NCBI RefSeq assembly: GCF_963921235.1
Contig: NC_086107.1
Location: 102,240,001-102,304,000, forward strand
Length of the DNA stretch: 64,000 nt
Reading direction: 5' to 3'
From: Mobula hypostoma
Taxonomy: Eukaryota
Below, piece after piece: positions 62,707-64,000 of the stretch (its first letter is position 1; the number at the start of each line of letters is the position of its first letter). Position numbers and translations under genes: made by a program. The notes below the pieces were generated by a model, which saw only the letters and a program-made list of their open reading frames with translations, ran no database searches and was not told where the DNA came from.

Positions 62707-64000
62707 GTGATTCCCAAAGACAACACTTCAAGCACGTTTCAAAAAAAAATGTTCATGGTTCTACCCTGTCTAAACTCTATGGACTGTGATCTTCAATCCC
62801 TCCTGTCTTGTACCAGCCATTGGCAGCTGTGTTAACGGCTGCCTATCCTAGAAGCTCTGGAATTCCTTCCCAGAAACTTTCATTCCTTTGTACCCTTAAG
62901 CGCACAACATGTGACCTCTGGTGCCTTGTTCTTGGGCAGCCCTTTGCCAAATTCTGGCTGATAACACTTGCCAGAAGGTCTTCGGGATGTTTGCTACGTG
63001 AAAGCTCTCATATTAGTGAAAATCCATTATTGTGTTTGGGTAGTGATGGAGGAACAAACAGATTTGAAGCCATTCCTTTAAAATTTCTCCAAAATCATGC
63101 ATCCAGTCCACAGTCCAGTCAAGAACCAATAAAGTGAGATTTAGAAAACTCACCCCATCTCAGTCTTTTTCAGCAATTTGTGGATTTGGCTAAAATTCCT
63201 CAAAAAAATGAGAAAACTATTGAAAATGCTTTCAGCACATTGCAAAAGCAATACAGAAGATTTTTTTGATAATTACAGCCAAAAAGCACCAAGGTTTCTA
63301 CTAAGGCAATCAACAAGCATAGCAATATTATTAAGAAATGCACTTCCCTTGTGAGGAACACTGACCAACTCCCTGCTTCGGGCCTTACCTCATATTTATT
63401 TACTGATTTTAGTGATGACTTAGACATCAGTGTCAAAGTCGGCATTAGCCATAAGACCAGCCATTCATCATCTTGTGAAAATACCAGTAGATTACTGATG
63501 CATGCTATTGGCCTGCAAGTCTCCATTTTATCAATCTCTTCTCGGCTTGCTCTCAATGTCTCTTTATCGAGAGGCCGGGACTGTGCAGCAAATATATTAA
63601 AATCAGCAACACCCCGGAAGAAATAAATACAGGGAACAATAGTTTGAGAAGAAGCCTTACAAGAGCATGACCAGAGTTGCACTGCAGGTGCTAAGGACAA
63701 TGAGGATCAAGTTTTCGGTACTGTAGAAACTAAAGGATAAGGACAGTTTGTTCTTGGCTGGGCTTCAGATCACTGTGTGTTTTGCATGACAGAGCGATGG
63801 CCCATTGTGGCCTATTGAAGAACTTCTAGCGGATTGCAAAAGATTGAGTGAAGCAGCCAAATCAGTCTGTAGGTCACTAACTTTGCACAGTGACACAATC
63901 TGCAGAACATGCTTGCTGTTATATTCAAGAGATTGTGTTAAAGGAATGAATGAAAAAAAAATCTCTGCAACCATGGAACCAACTTCATTCCAAACTACTC

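Noticed and set aside
63412..63498. C/D box snoRNA candidate (GTGATGA...CTGA)
   Set aside because: No terminal stem, no recognisable rRNA guide and no evident host intron.
63200..63700. 166-aa minus-strand ORF as a stand-alone gene
   Set aside because: TTG start, no recognisable family, and it runs through a splice-donor-like site.

Overview
Eukaryotic vertebrate DNA, AT-rich and repeat-dense. The repeat families (CR1, Rex1/Babar-like LINEs, Penelope-like fragments, HE1/V-SINE- and Deu-SINE-like copies) suggest a cartilaginous fish, probably a ray; this is an inference. The window holds the 5' half of the EP300 (p300 acetyltransferase) gene on the minus strand. It has a CpG-island promoter at about 53.8-55.05 kb and 13 coding exons (53936 down to 1705) that I spliced by hand into one uninterrupted 2472-nt / 824-codon frame covering the N-terminal region, TAZ1/CH1 and KIX. 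The gene continues beyond position 1. Introns and upstream DNA are filled with nested, mostly decayed transposons. No prokaryotic systems, CRISPR arrays, rRNA or tRNA genes were seen, and I cannot claim a clearly new biological system. The best leads are: (1) Penelope-derived insertions carrying decayed minimal hammerhead-ribozyme motifs that break repeatedly at the same position; (2) a CR1 tail that appears to supply the branch point of exon 13; (3) a candidate poison exon in intron 10; (4) a uORF-rich long 5' leader; (5) a p300 that keeps CBP-like N-terminal features.
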